In this document: piece by piece, positions 10,340 through 23,937 of the stretch
Layout: each line of letters starts with the position of its first letter
How positions within the stretch are numbered: the stretch's first letter is position 1
DNA from: an uncultured Actinomycetes bacterium
GTDB lineage: Bacteria; Actinomycetota; Actinomycetes; Streptosporangiales; Streptosporangiaceae
Assembly: GCA_963795575.1 (NCBI GenBank)
Contig: CAWCII010000012.1
Coordinates: 15,624 to 79,623 of the forward strand
DNA length: 64,000 nucleotides
Reading direction: 5' to 3'
Notes under the pieces: model-generated
The model's input: only the letters and a program-made list of their open reading frames with translations
Databases searched by the model: none
Told to the model about the DNA's origin: nothing
Made by a program: the position numbers and the translations under genes

Positions 10340-11600
10340 TCACGGCGGCATGACGATCCGCGGCGTGCCGGAGTCAGCCGCGGTCCGCGGGCGGCCAGCC
10401 AGCCGGCGGCCAGCTCGGCGGCGCACAGGACGAGCAGCAGGGCGACCGGGACGTCCCAGCCGCCGGTGCCGCGTGCAGCAGCCCGACCGCGAGCGGGCCC
10501 AGCGGTGGCCAGCAGGTAGCCGCCGCCCTGCGCCAGCGCGGACAGCGAGGCGGCGGTCACCGGGTCGGGGGCCCGGGCCATGGTGAAGAAGATGCGCCAG
10601 GCCGAGCGAGGACGCCCTGGGCCAGGCCGAGCAGCAGCATCCAGGCCCAGGCGCCGCCGAGCGGGGCGTACAGCGCCCCGGCGATGCCGGCCGCGGTGGC
10701 GATGACGGTGGGCACGACCAGCACGCCGCTGCCCGGCCATCCGGTGCGCGAGCACCGGGATGAGCATGCCGGTCACCGCGTTGCCGAAGTTCATCAGGGC
10801 GAGCAGGTCGCCGGCGTGCGCCGCGCTCACGCCGCGGTCCCGGAGCAGCGTGGGCAGCCAGGACAGCGCGGCGTAGTAGGACAGGCTCTGCAGGCCCATG
10901 AACGCGGTCACCTGCCAGGCCAGCGCGTGCCTGGCCACGGCGACCCGAGCCCGGCCCGCCTGGCCGCCCGGCCGCCCTGCGCCGGGCCGGGCGTGCGTCC
11001 GGTAGCGCCACTGCGGCAGCCAGACCGCGAACGCGATCACCGCGGCCGGCACCGCCCACAGCCAGAGGCAGAACCGGACCGGCCCGCCGAGCCAGGCGGC
11101 GTGCGCCGTGTCCCGGTAGGCGGGCACGGCCAGCAGCGAGCCCAGCACCGAGCCGACCGCCAGGCAGAGCAGGTAGATGCCGATCAGCAGCCCGGCCCGG
11201 CCCGGCTGGCGCCGCTTGATCAGGCTGGGCAGCAGCACGTTCATCAGCGCGATCGCGCCGCAGGCGAGCACGGTCCCCGGGTACAGCAGGGCCCCGGGCA
11301 GCGCGCCGCGCAGGACCAGCCCGGCGGCCAGCAGGGCGAGCGCGCCGAGCAGCACCCGCTCCTCGCCGAACCTGCGGCTCAGCGGCGCCGCGACGACCGG
11401 AGAACAGGCCGAAGCACAGCACCGGGATGGTGGCCAGCACGGTGATCGCCGTCGCGGACAGGTGCAGCCGCGCGGCCAGTTCGGGGAACACCGGCGGCAG
11501 GCTGGTGATCGCGGCCCGCAGGTTGAGCGCGAGCACGAGGATGCCGGTCACGAGCAGCGCGGCGCCCGCCCGGCGCGCGGTACCGGGGCCCGCGTTCGCC
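10340..11600 (-). pseudogene. CynX/NimT-type MFS transporter, frame hops; start approximate
   Basis: ORF 10340..11551 gives the N-terminus (ILVLALNLRAAITSLPPVFPELAARLHLSATAITVLATIPVLCFG). ORF 10129..11355 gives the following TM helices (ALMNVLLPSLIKRRQP..., LQSLSYYAALSWLPTLLRDRG). Confidence 0.7.
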
Positions 11601-11637
11601 GGCCGGCCTGGAGCCGCGAACGGCGGCGGATCGAGTG

Positions 11638-14413
<2,776 letters not shown>

Positions 14414-14496
14414 CCGCACCGACCTCCCTGAACATCTGCCGCTCGGCGTCTGCTGCCCGAGGTCCGGGCGCTACTCGACCCTCCAGGAAATCATAT

Positions 14497-14508
14497 CTTG
14501 ACATCAAG
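14497..14508. promoter_or_regulatory. palindrome CTTGA-CA-TCAAG in the acnA upstream region, candidate operator
   Basis: A 5+5 bp inverted repeat read directly in an AT-richer patch, about 85-95 nt upstream of the acnA ATG (14413). Confidence 0.25.
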
Positions 14509-14549
14509 CTATCTGAGCAGACAAGCCCGGCGGCGACGCCGGCGCAGGC

Positions 14550-14589
14550 GATGGCGCACCGCCGCCTGGAGGGGCGGCGGTGCGCCATC
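14550..14589. terminator. perfect 17-bp-stem hairpin (GATGGCGCACCGCCGCC-tggagg-GGCGGCGGTGCGCCATC)
   Basis: Read directly. It lies ~120 nt downstream of the minus-strand gene ending at 14709 and upstream of acnA. There is no U-tract. Confidence 0.5.
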
Positions 14590-14708
14590 GACCAGCTCGG
14601 TGCGGGCTGGTACCCGGACGATCCTGGCCATGCGCCGGGTCATCAGGCGGCCGTGGCCCGGGCGATCATGAGCCGGTGACGCTCATCCCGCCAGCAGCCT
14701 GCCCGGGT

Positions 14709-15191
14709 TCAGGGACCATGCGGCGGCGGGTTATTGCAGTTATTGACACCGTACCGGATCCACATGTATCCGGAATAAACTTCCTCATGGACGTACTTCC
14801 CGGCGAAATTGCCGCGAGCTCCTGGCTTGACGCAGAATTCCCGGTTCGCGTTCCGGTAGTCCAGCCACACATCCGATCCACTGTTATTGTTTACGGAACG
14901 ATGCGGAACAATGTTGCGGCTGTGCAGGTCTATCCAGTGGCCGCCGCTAATCTTGGTGTTCCAGTAACGGTGTTGCCCGGTGAGGTTGGTGTTGCGGAAA
15001 AGGCAGATCGAACGGCCGGGGCAGGTGAAGAGAGTCCGCGGCCCAGGCGCTGCGACGTGCGCAGGCCCGGTCGCAGCGCGGGCCGTGGCCGTCCCGGCCG
15101 CGGCCTGGGCCGGAGCCAGGGCTGCCAGGGCCAGCAGTGCTCCGGCGCTCGCGGCGGCCCCTACTGCACTCCACGGCCGGAAGTGCTTCAT
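14709..15191 (-). CDS. small secreted protein, peptidase-inhibitor I36 / beta-gamma-crystallin-like
   Basis: ORF 14709..15245, with the likely start at MKHFRPWSAVGAAASAGALLALAALAPAQA (Sec signal). The mature part has 4 Cys and I36-like strings (FTCPGRSICLFRNTNLTGQ, SVNNNSGSDVWL). The 3' half is much less GC-rich than its surroundings. Confidence 0.5.
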   Translation of the reverse strand: MKHFRPWSAVGAAASAGALLALAALAPAQAAAGTATARAATGPAHVAAPGPRTLFTCPGRSICLFRNTNLTGQHRYWNTKISGGHWIDLHSRNIVPHRSVNNNSGSDVWLDYRNANREFCVKPGARGNFAGKYVHEEVYSGYMWIRYGVNNCNNPPPHGP

Positions 15192-15460
15192 CGCCCGCAG
15201 TGCGGCGCTCACAGCGCCGTCGCCGACGGTCCAGATTCTGATCACAGGCGAGATCCTTTCCCTGGAGTGACGCGCGGCCTGACGCTGAGGCTGAGGCAGC
15301 CCTCGCCCAGCCGCGGTGCCCGCTATTGCGCATTAGTATTCCCGGCCGGGGGCATTGTGTCCATCATTAGGCTGCGCTCTCATCCAGCGCTGAGGGCCGC
15401 CGCCGGGCCGGCCGGTGAGCAGGTAACCGGGAAAGGCCGGCCGGCGGATGGGCGGCGGGG

Positions 15461-16696
<1,236 letters not shown>

Positions 16697-16857
16697 CTAC
16701 TGCGATGCAACCTGTAGCGCAAACTTCGGGCATCACCGCGTCAGAGCGCAACCGGCAGCCGTTAGGCATATTCATTGTGTATAGGCCTACGGCGGTTCTC
16801 TCGGAATATTTGGTAAATCTGGATACCGAACGGGCGGGGCCGGCCCGCTCGCCCGGG

Positions 16858-19182
16858 TCAGACCGTGCGGTGGGTGATCGGCGCCCGGTCCGCGGGCTGG
16901 TGCGGCGCGGGCAGGGACGGGGCGGCAGGCACGTCGCAGACCACCGGCTTGTCCTCCAGCGTCAGCTGTTCGCCGTGGTGCAGCAGCGGCAGCGGCTCGC
17001 CGTCCAGCAGCTCGTAGCGGGCCTCCCGGCGCGAGATGGAGACGCTGAGCCTGCGGCCGCGGTAGCGCAGCCGGAACGCCAGCCGGGTGATGCCGCCCGG
17101 CAGCCGCGGGCTGAACGCCAGCGTGTCATCGGCCGGCCGCATCCCGCCGAACCCGGCGACCAGCGCGGTCCACGCGCCGGCCAGCGAGGCCATGTGCAGG
17201 CCGTCGCGGGTGTTGTGCTGCACGTCGTGCAGGTCCATCAGCGCGGCCTCGGCCAGGTAGTCGTGCGCGAGCTCCAGGTGCCCGACCTCGGCGGCGATCA
17301 CCGCCTGGGTGCACGCCGACAGCGAGGAGTCCCGCACGGTCAGCGCCTCGTAGTAGGCGAAGTTGCGCGCCTTCTGCTCGGGGGTGAACGCGTCGCCGCG
17401 CAGGTGCATGGCGAGCACCAGGTCGGCCTGCTTGACCACCTGCGTCCGGTACAGCTCGAAGTACGGGTAGTGCAGCAGCAGCGGGTACTTGTCCGCCGGG
17501 GTGTGCGCGAAGTCCCAGCGGGCGTGGTCGGTGAACCGCTCGGCCTGGGGGTGCACGCCGAGCCGCTCGTCGTACGGGATGACCATCGCGGCGGCCGCGT
17601 CCCGCCAGGCCGCCGCCTCCTCGGTCGTGACGCCGAGCGCGCCCGCCTCGTCCATGTACCGGCCCGCGGCGTCCGCGGCCGCGACCAGGTTCTGCTGCGC
17701 CATCAGGTTCGTGTAGACGTTGTTGTCCACGATCGCGCTGTACTCGTCCGGCCCGGTCACGCCGTCGATGCGGAACCGGCCGTCGGCGTCGTGGTGGCCG
17801 AGCTTGCGCCACAGCCGCGCGGTCTCCACCAGCATCTCCAGGCCGTACTCGCGCTCGAAGTCGGTGTCCTGGGTGGCGTCCAGGTAGCGCAGGACCGCGT
17901 CGGCGATGTCGGCGTTGATGTGGAACGCGGCCGTGCCGGCCGGCCAGTACCCCGAGCACTCCTGGCCCCTGATCGTCCGCCACGGGTAGGCCGCGCCGGC
18001 CAGGCCCAGGTCGATCGCGTGCTGCCGGGCCTGGGGCAGCAGCAGGTGCCGCCAGCGGAGCGCGTCCGCGACCGCGTCCGGGTGGGTGTAGGTCAGCACC
18101 GGCAGCACGAACGTCTCGGTGTCCCAGAAGGTGTGCCCGTCGTAGCCCGGGCCGGTCAGGCCCTTGGCGGCGATCGGCCGGTGCTCGGCCCGGGCGCCGG
18201 CCTGCAGGATGTGGAACAGCCCGAACCGCACCGCCTGCTGGATCTCCGGGTCGCCCTCCACCATGACGTCGGCGCCCGCCCAGAACTCGTCGAGGTAGTC
18301 CCGCTGCTCGGCCAGCAGGCCGTCCCAGCCGGTCAGCCGGGCCAGCGCGAGCGCCCCGGTGACCTGGTCGTGCAGCGCGGGCCTGGACCGCGTGCTGGAC
18401 CAGCCGTAGCCGATGTACTTGACCACCTCCAGCCGCTCCCCCGCCGCCACCCGGGCCGCCACGGTGGTCCGGCCGAGGTCGGGGCTGCACTCGGTGCGCA
18501 CCAACATCTTCTCCGGCCCGGTCACCTCGTGCGACATTCCGGCGGCGAGCATCAGGCCGCTCGCCTTGGTGCGGTGCACCAGGATGACCCGCTGCTGGTC
18601 GTCGTTGGCGGCGACATTCTCCTCGCTGACCAGCGGCGACTCGAGCACCGCCGCGACCCGGGGATCCTTGCCCATGTCGGGCAGCGCCTCGTTGGCCACC
18701 AGCTCGGACTGCACGACGAGCCGCATCGGCTCGCCGACCGGCTCGACCGTGTAGCGGATGGCGGCGAGCGCGCGCTGGCTGAGCGAGACCAGCCGCACCG
18801 ACGTGATCTTCACCCGGTCGCCGGCCGGCGAGCTCCACTCCACCTCGCGGGTCAGCGTCCCCGCGCGCAGGTCGAGCCGGCGCACGTGCGAGTGCACGAT
18901 GCCGTACCTGACGTCGAACGGCTCGTCGTTGACGTGCAGCCGGATCAGCTTGCCGTTGGTGACGTTGATGATCGTCTGGCCCGATTCCGGGTACCCGTAG
19001 CCGGCCTCCGCGTACGGCAGCGGCCGCAGCTCGTACAGCGAGTTCAGGTAGGTGCCCGGCAGGCCGTGCGGCTCGCCCTCGTCCAGGTTCCCGCGCAGCC
19101 CGATGTGCCCGTTCGACAGCGCGAAGACCGACTCGCTCTGCGCGAGCACGTCGAGGTTGAGCTCGGATTCCGTGATGCCCAC
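16858..19182 (-). CDS. glycoside hydrolase family 65 protein (trehalose/kojibiose/maltose phosphorylase type)
   Basis: Intact 774-aa ORF with a GH65-like N-terminus (ESVFALSNGHIGLRGNLDEG) and catalytic region (KGLTGPGYDGHTFWDTETF). A beta-phosphoglucomutase gene follows on the same strand. Confidence 0.88.
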   Translation of the reverse strand: MGITESELNLDVLAQSESVFALSNGHIGLRGNLDEGEPHGLPGTYLNSLYELRPLPYAEAGYGYPESGQTIINVTNGKLIRLHVNDEPFDVRYGIVHSHVRRLDLRAGTLTREVEWSSPAGDRVKITSVRLVSLSQRALAAIRYTVEPVGEPMRLVVQSELVANEALPDMGKDPRVAAVLESPLVSEENVAANDDQQRVILVHRTKASGLMLAAGMSHEVTGPEKMLVRTECSPDLGRTTVAARVAAGERLEVVKYIGYGWSSTRSRPALHDQVTGALALARLTGWDGLLAEQRDYLDEFWAGADVMVEGDPEIQQAVRFGLFHILQAGARAEHRPIAAKGLTGPGYDGHTFWDTETFVLPVLTYTHPDAVADALRWRHLLLPQARQHAIDLGLAGAAYPWRTIRGQECSGYWPAGTAAFHINADIADAVLRYLDATQDTDFEREYGLEMLVETARLWRKLGHHDADGRFRIDGVTGPDEYSAIVDNNVYTNLMAQQNLVAAADAAGRYMDEAGALGVTTEEAAAWRDAAAAMVIPYDERLGVHPQAERFTDHARWDFAHTPADKYPLLLHYPYFELYRTQVVKQADLVLAMHLRGDAFTPEQKARNFAYYEALTVRDSSLSACTQAVIAAEVGHLELAHDYLAEAALMDLHDVQHNTRDGLHMASLAGAWTALVAGFGGMRPADDTLAFSPRLPGGITRLAFRLRYRGRRLSVSISRREARYELLDGEPLPLLHHGEQLTLEDKPVVCDVPAAPSLPAPHQPADRAPITHRTV

Positions 19183-19323
19183 GGTTCGACCCCGTAGGCC
19201 GTGTGCTTGATCATCCGCACTCCCTGGTCAACCGACCCAGCAATGTTTGTACCCGCCGAGGCGCCCCGCTCACTAGGCACCGGCCGGACCTTGCCCCCTG
19301 CCGTCCGTTCCTCGTCGTCCCGC

Positions 19324-20063
19324 TCACCGGTCCAGCAACTCCCCCAGGTCGTTGACCACGATGTCCGCGCCGTGCTCGGCCAGCTCCCGTGCCTGCCCCG
19401 TCCGGTTCACGCCGATCACGCGGCCGAAGTGGCCGGCCCGGCCCGCCTCGACCCCGGCCAGCGCGTCTTCGAACACCACGGCCCGCGCGGGCGGGACGTT
19501 CAGCGCCTGCGCCCCGGCCAGGAACGTGTCCGGGGCGGGCTTGCCCGGCAGCCCCCGCTGCTTGGCCACCACGCCGTCGATGCGCGCGTCGAACAGGCCG
19601 GTGATCCCGGCCACCTGGAGCACCTGGACGGTGTTGGCGCTGGAGGAGACGACCGCGGTGCGCAGCCCCGCCTCGCGGACCCGCCTGATGTAGCGGACCG
19701 AGCCCTGGTAGACCTGGACCCCATCTTGTCGATCATCTCGAGCACGAGCGCGTTCTTGCGGTTGCTCAGCCCGTTGACGGTGTGCGCGGTGGGCGGGTCA
19801 TCCGGGTTGCCCTCGGGCAGCTCGATGCCCCGGGCCTGCAGGAACGTCCGGGTCCCGTCCAGCCGCGGCTTGCCGTCCACGTACTGGTCGTACTCGCGGA
19901 CCTGGTCGAAGGGCACGAACTCGGTGCCGGCGGCCTCGGCGTGCTCGCGGAGGAAGTCGTCGAACATCTGTTTCCAGGCCGCCGCGTGCACGAGGGCCGT
20001 CTTGGTGACGACGCCGTCCAGGTCGAACAGGCACGCTTGCGTCGAGTCAGGAAGTCCCAGCAT
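19324..20063 (-). pseudogene. pgmB: beta-phosphoglucomutase (HAD family), one frame hop near 19715
   Basis: ORF 19500..20087 gives the N-terminal half (ACLFDLDGVVTKTA...YVDGKPRLDG). ORF 19324..19623 gives the C-terminal half (GKPAPDTFLAGAQALNVPPARAVVFEDALAGVEAG). Confidence 0.85.
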
Positions 20064-20281
20064 TTTCTCTCTTCTCCCGCCCTGCACCGTGACTGGCCCG
20101 TCAGGCCCACGGCGGGGCCGCGCACGGTCTCCCCAACTGTGCCAGAACCGGCCCGATTCCGCCTGCTGCCGGCCGAGAGGGACGGCCTGCGCCCTTCCTT
20201 GCCGGCCGCCGTTTCACGGTCGCATCCATCCGGCCCGGCCGCAACCGCGCACCGCCGGCGGCACCGCCAGGTCCGGGGCGG

Positions 20282-20704
20282 CTAGCCGGCCGCCGCGGCC
20301 CAGCCGGACCAGTGCTCCACCTGGACGCAGATCACCGGGCCGGCCGGCGGGCTGGAGCGGTACTGCGGGTACCGGCCGGCCAGCAGCCGGACCGGGCCGG
20401 CCATCTCGTCCGGGACGGCCAGGATGGAGGCGCGGCCGTCCGCGCGCACCCACCACAGCAGCGACCAGTCCTCCTCGTAGTGGTCGGCCAGCACGGCGAC
20501 CTGCGGGCAGTCCCGGATATTGCGCAGCCGCCGCAGGTCGCGGGTGGTCTTCGGCTTGGCGTCAACGGCGCTGTAGATGCGGTCGCCCGCCAGGGCGAAG
20601 GTGACCGGAACGATGTGCGGCCGGCCGCCCCCGCCGACGGTGGCCAGCCGGGCCACCCGCGCCTCGCCGAGCCGCCGCCGTGCCTGCTCGCCGGCCAGCC
20701 TCAC
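20282..20704 (-). CDS. PPOX-class (pyridoxamine 5'-phosphate oxidase-like) probable F420-dependent enzyme
   Basis: Distal part of ORF 20282..21712 (ARVARLATVGGGGRPHIVPVTFALAGDRIYSAVDAKPKTT...VLADHYEEDWSLLWWVRADG). The GTG start overlaps the upstream stop (GTGA at 20701-20704). Confidence 0.75.
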   Translation of the reverse strand: MRLAGEQARRRLGEARVARLATVGGGGRPHIVPVTFALAGDRIYSAVDAKPKTTRDLRRLRNIRDCPQVAVLADHYEEDWSLLWWVRADGRASILAVPDEMAGPVRLLAGRYPQYRSSPPAGPVICVQVEHWSGWAAAAG

Positions 20705-21634
20705 GTTACCCGCGGCAGTACCTCGGCCGCGATCAGCTCCAGCTGGTCGATGTCGTCCAGGTCGAGAACCTGCAGGTAGATCCCGTCCGCCCCGATCTCG
20801 CCGTACGGCCCCGATCCGGTCGGTGACCTCGGCCGGAGTCCCGGCCACCCCGTGCGCGCGCAGCTGGCCGAGGGGCTGGCCGATCGCGGCGGCCCGCCGT
20901 TCCAGCTCGGCGGCGTCCCGGCCGCAGCACACCGTCTGCGCCACCGAGTAGCGCATCGACGCGGCGTCCCGGCCGGCCGCCGCGCACGCCTCGCGCACCC
21001 GGCCGAACGCGGCCGCCGTGTCCTGCACCCCGCTGAACGCCACGTTGTACTCGTCGGCGTAGGCGGCCGCCAGCCGCGGGGTGCGGCGCGGGCCCGCCCC
21101 GCCGATCAGCACCGGCGGGCGCGGCCGCTGGGCCGGCTTGGGCAGCGCGGGCGAGTCGGTCACCTGGTAGTGCGAACCGCGGAACGAGAACGTCTCCTTC
21201 TCCGGCGTGGTCCACAGCCCGGTGATGATCGCGAGCTGCTCCTCGAGCTGGCCGAACCGCTCGGCCAGCGGCGGGAACGGGATCCCGTAGGCGGCGTGCT
21301 CGGCGTCGAACCAGCCGGTGCCGAGGCCCAGCTCGACCCGCCCGCCGCTCATCTGGTCGGCCTGGGCCACGGCGATGGCCAGCGGCCCGGGCAGCCGGAA
21401 CGTCACCGGGCTCATCAGCGTGCCGAGCCGGATCCGGCTGGTCTCGACGGCCAGCGCGGCCAGCGTCGTCCAGGCGTCGGTCGGGCCGGGCAGCCCGCTG
21501 CCGTGGCCCATGTCCAGGTAGTGGTCGGAGCGGAAGAACGCGTCGAAGCCGAGCCGCTCGGCGGCCTGCGCCACCCGCCGCAGGGTGGCGTAGCTGGCCC
21601 CCTGCTGGGGCTCGGTGAAGATCCGTAGTCGCAT
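20701..21634 (-). pseudogene. LLM-class (luciferase-like) F420-dependent oxidoreductase, one frame hop near 20815
   Basis: MRLRIFTEPQQGASYATL...FDAFFRSDHY...GRVELGLGTGW lie in ORF 20282..21712. The C-terminus (GADGIYLQVLDLDDIDQLELIAAEVLPRVT*) lies in another frame. Confidence 0.8.
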
Positions 21635-21871
21635 GGGTACATCTTGCCTTCGCAGCGCGGCTCGGGCCGGAGCCCGCGACGGCCGGGCCCGGTAGGGTGG
21701 CCATGAGCGCATGCCACCTGGACCGAGGTCCGCCAGGGCGTCATCCCGTACTACACCGGAGATACCTTCCGGCCCGCGCCGCGGGTTCCCTGGATGAGGT
21801 CCCCTCGCCTGGTGATCGGCGCGGTCAGGGCGGGTCGAAGACCTGGGCGCGGCCGGGCCGAGTCTTCGCGA

Positions 21872-23140
21872 TCACGAGGGGATCAGCGCCGCGACGCACT
21901 CGACGTGATGGGTCATCGGGAACGCGTCGAACGCGCGCAGGTCGTCCAGCCGCCAGCCCAGGCCGCCGAACACGGCCAGATCCCGCGCGAGGGTGGCCGG
22001 GTCGCACGACACGTAGGCGATCCGCCGCAGCCCGGCGGCAGGCGGGCCGGACGGACCGCCCGGCCCGGATCCGGGCCGGGCGGCGAGCATCTCGATGACC
22101 GGCCGGCCTGCCCCCGTCCTGGGCGGATCGAGGACGGCCAGGCTCGCGCCGCCCAGCCGGTGCCGCCGCAGCACCTGCGCGGCGTCGCCGCGATGCACCC
22201 TGACCTGCGGGAAGCCGGCCAGGTTACGGCGCGCGTCGCGCACCGCCGCCACGCCGGATTCCACCCCGGTGACCCGCCCGGCGGGCCCGACCGCCTCGGC
22301 CAGGGCCGCGGCGAACAGGCCCGCGCCGCAGTACAGGTCGAGCGCGGCATCGCCGGGCCGGGGGCGCAGCGCGGCCAGCACCGCCTCGGTCAGCACGCCG
22401 GCGGCGGCCGGGTGCACCTGCCAGAACACCCCGGCGCTCACCCGCCAGGCCCGGCCGGCCGCGTGCTGAGTGAGCCACGGCCGGGCGCGCTCGCCGGCCG
22501 CCGGGGGCAGCCCCGACACCGCCACCGACCGCTGCCGCGATCCGGGCGAGGCGGTCACCTCGACGCCGCGGGCGCCCGGCCAGCGCCGCGCCGGGACGCC
22601 GGCGTCACGCACGAGCGGATGCGCGATCAGGCAGTCGGTGATGCCGATGACCTCGCGCGAGCGGTGCTTGCGCAGGCCCGCCGTGCCGTCCGGGCCGACC
22701 GCGAAGCCGACCCTGGTGCGCCAGCCCAGGCCCGCCGGGTCGCCGGGCAGCGCCTCCACCGCCACCGCCCGCTCGATCCCGGCGATGCGGCGCAGCTGCT
22801 GGCTGATGACCTGGGCCTTGATCGCCCGCTGCGCGGCCGGGCGGGCATGCTGCAGGTCGCAGCCGCCGCACCCGTCCGGGCGCGCGTACGGGCAAGGCGG
22901 CTCGACCCGGTCCGGGGACGGCTGGAGTATCTCGACGGCCTCGGCGCGGGCGAACCTGGCCGTGCTGCTGGTCACCCGGGCGCGGACCCGCTCGCCGGGC
23001 AGCGCGTGCCGGACGAACACCACCTTGCCCTCGCCGCCGGGCGCGGCGCTGCGAGCCACGCACCAGCCGCCGTGGGCCGCCTCGGTGACGGTCAGCTCGA
23101 GCATCTCGCCCGGCGCCGCGCCGCCCGTGGATCGCGACAA
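21872..23140 (-). CDS. TRAM-domain class I SAM-dependent RNA (uracil-5-)-methyltransferase, RumA/TrmA family
   Basis: Intact 422-aa ORF with a TRAM-like N-terminus, the Cys cluster PCPYARPDGCGGCDLQH and methyltransferase motifs (LDLYCGAGLFA, VSCDPATLARD). Confidence 0.8.
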   Translation of the reverse strand: MSRSTGGAAPGEMLELTVTEAAHGGWCVARSAAPGGEGKVVFVRHALPGERVRARVTSSTARFARAEAVEILQPSPDRVEPPCPYARPDGCGGCDLQHARPAAQRAIKAQVISQQLRRIAGIERAVAVEALPGDPAGLGWRTRVGFAVGPDGTAGLRKHRSREVIGITDCLIAHPLVRDAGVPARRWPGARGVEVTASPGSRQRSVAVSGLPPAAGERARPWLTQHAAGRAWRVSAGVFWQVHPAAAGVLTEAVLAALRPRPGDAALDLYCGAGLFAAALAEAVGPAGRVTGVESGVAAVRDARRNLAGFPQVRVHRGDAAQVLRRHRLGGASLAVLDPPRTGAGRPVIEMLAARPGSGPGGPSGPPAAGLRRIAYVSCDPATLARDLAVFGGLGWRLDDLRAFDAFPMTHHVECVAALIPS

Positions 23141-23271
23141 TTCCCCTCACTCTGGTCAGCGCCCCCGGCTGAGCAGCCTACGCCAGGGTAAGTGTTCAGC
23201 TATCCCGGGTCTGCGCCGCCTGACCGCGGGGAATACCGTGGGCGGGCAACGGAATCGCCGGAAGGACGGCC

Positions 23272-23937
23272 GTGCATATCGTGATCATGGGGTGTGGCCG
23301 GGTCGGATCGACCCTGGCTCACATCCTCGAGGACCAGGGTCACTCGGTGGCCGTCATCGACCAGGACGCGGACGCCTTCCGCAAGCTCCGTTCGGGCTTC
23401 AAGGGCCGGAAGATCACCGGCTCCGGCTTCGACCGGGACGTGCTGATCGAGGCGGGGATCGAGGAGGCCGACGCGTTCGCCGCGGTGAGCAGCGGCGACA
23501 ACTCCAACATCATCTCGGCGCGGGTGGTGCGGGAGTCGTTCGGGATCCAGCGGGTCGCCGCACGGATCTACGACCCGCGCCGGGCCGAGGTGTACCAGCG
23601 GCTCGGCATACCCACCGTGGCCACGGTGCGCTGGACCGCCGACCAGATGCTGCGCGCGCTGGTGCCCGACGGCGCGGAGTCGCTGTGGCGCGACCCCACC
23701 GGGAAGATCGTGCTGGCCGAGGTGGCCTATTCCGAGCGGTGGCTGGGCGAGAAGGTCAAGCTGCTCGAGCAGGCCACCGGGGCCAGGATCGCGTTTATCT
23801 CCCGGCTCGGCCAGGCCGTGATGCCCGAGCCGGGCACCGTCCTGCAGGAGGGTGACCTGATCCACGTGATCGCCGAGGAGACCGACCTCGAGCGGATCAC
23901 CGCGGAGCTGGCCAAGCGGACGCCGGGAGGCCACTGA
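23272..23937 (+). CDS. trkA: potassium uptake TrkA family protein (RCK N/C domains)
   Basis: Intact 221-aa ORF (MHIVIMGCGRVGSTLA). Confidence 0.88.
   Translation: MHIVIMGCGRVGSTLAHILEDQGHSVAVIDQDADAFRKLRSGFKGRKITGSGFDRDVLIEAGIEEADAFAAVSSGDNSNIISARVVRESFGIQRVAARIYDPRRAEVYQRLGIPTVATVRWTADQMLRALVPDGAESLWRDPTGKIVLAEVAYSERWLGEKVKLLEQATGARIAFISRLGQAVMPEPGTVLQEGDLIHVIAEETDLERITAELAKRTPGGH

Noticed and set aside
19183-19191. tRNA T-loop-like GGTTCGACC just upstream of the GH65 start.
   Set aside because: Only a 4-bp T-stem can form. There is no acceptor or anticodon arm, and the flanking sequence is the GH65 5' coding/leader region.
16705-19197. Very long ORFs antisense to real genes: an 830-aa ORF opposite the GH65 gene, and similar ones at 15545..16717, 21794..23191, 3206..4201, 31015..32265 and 36499..37518.
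   Set aside because: They are Arg/Pro/Gly/Ala-rich low-complexity translations with no recognisable motif, and each lies exactly opposite a well-supported gene. These are typical shadow frames of ~70% GC DNA.
23141-23271. Riboswitch (e.g. c-di-AMP type) in the leader of the trkA pair.
   Set aside because: The 130-nt spacer is too short and lacks the paired pseudo-symmetric helices and conserved ACGGGG/CCC blocks I would expect. There is no evidence beyond genomic context.
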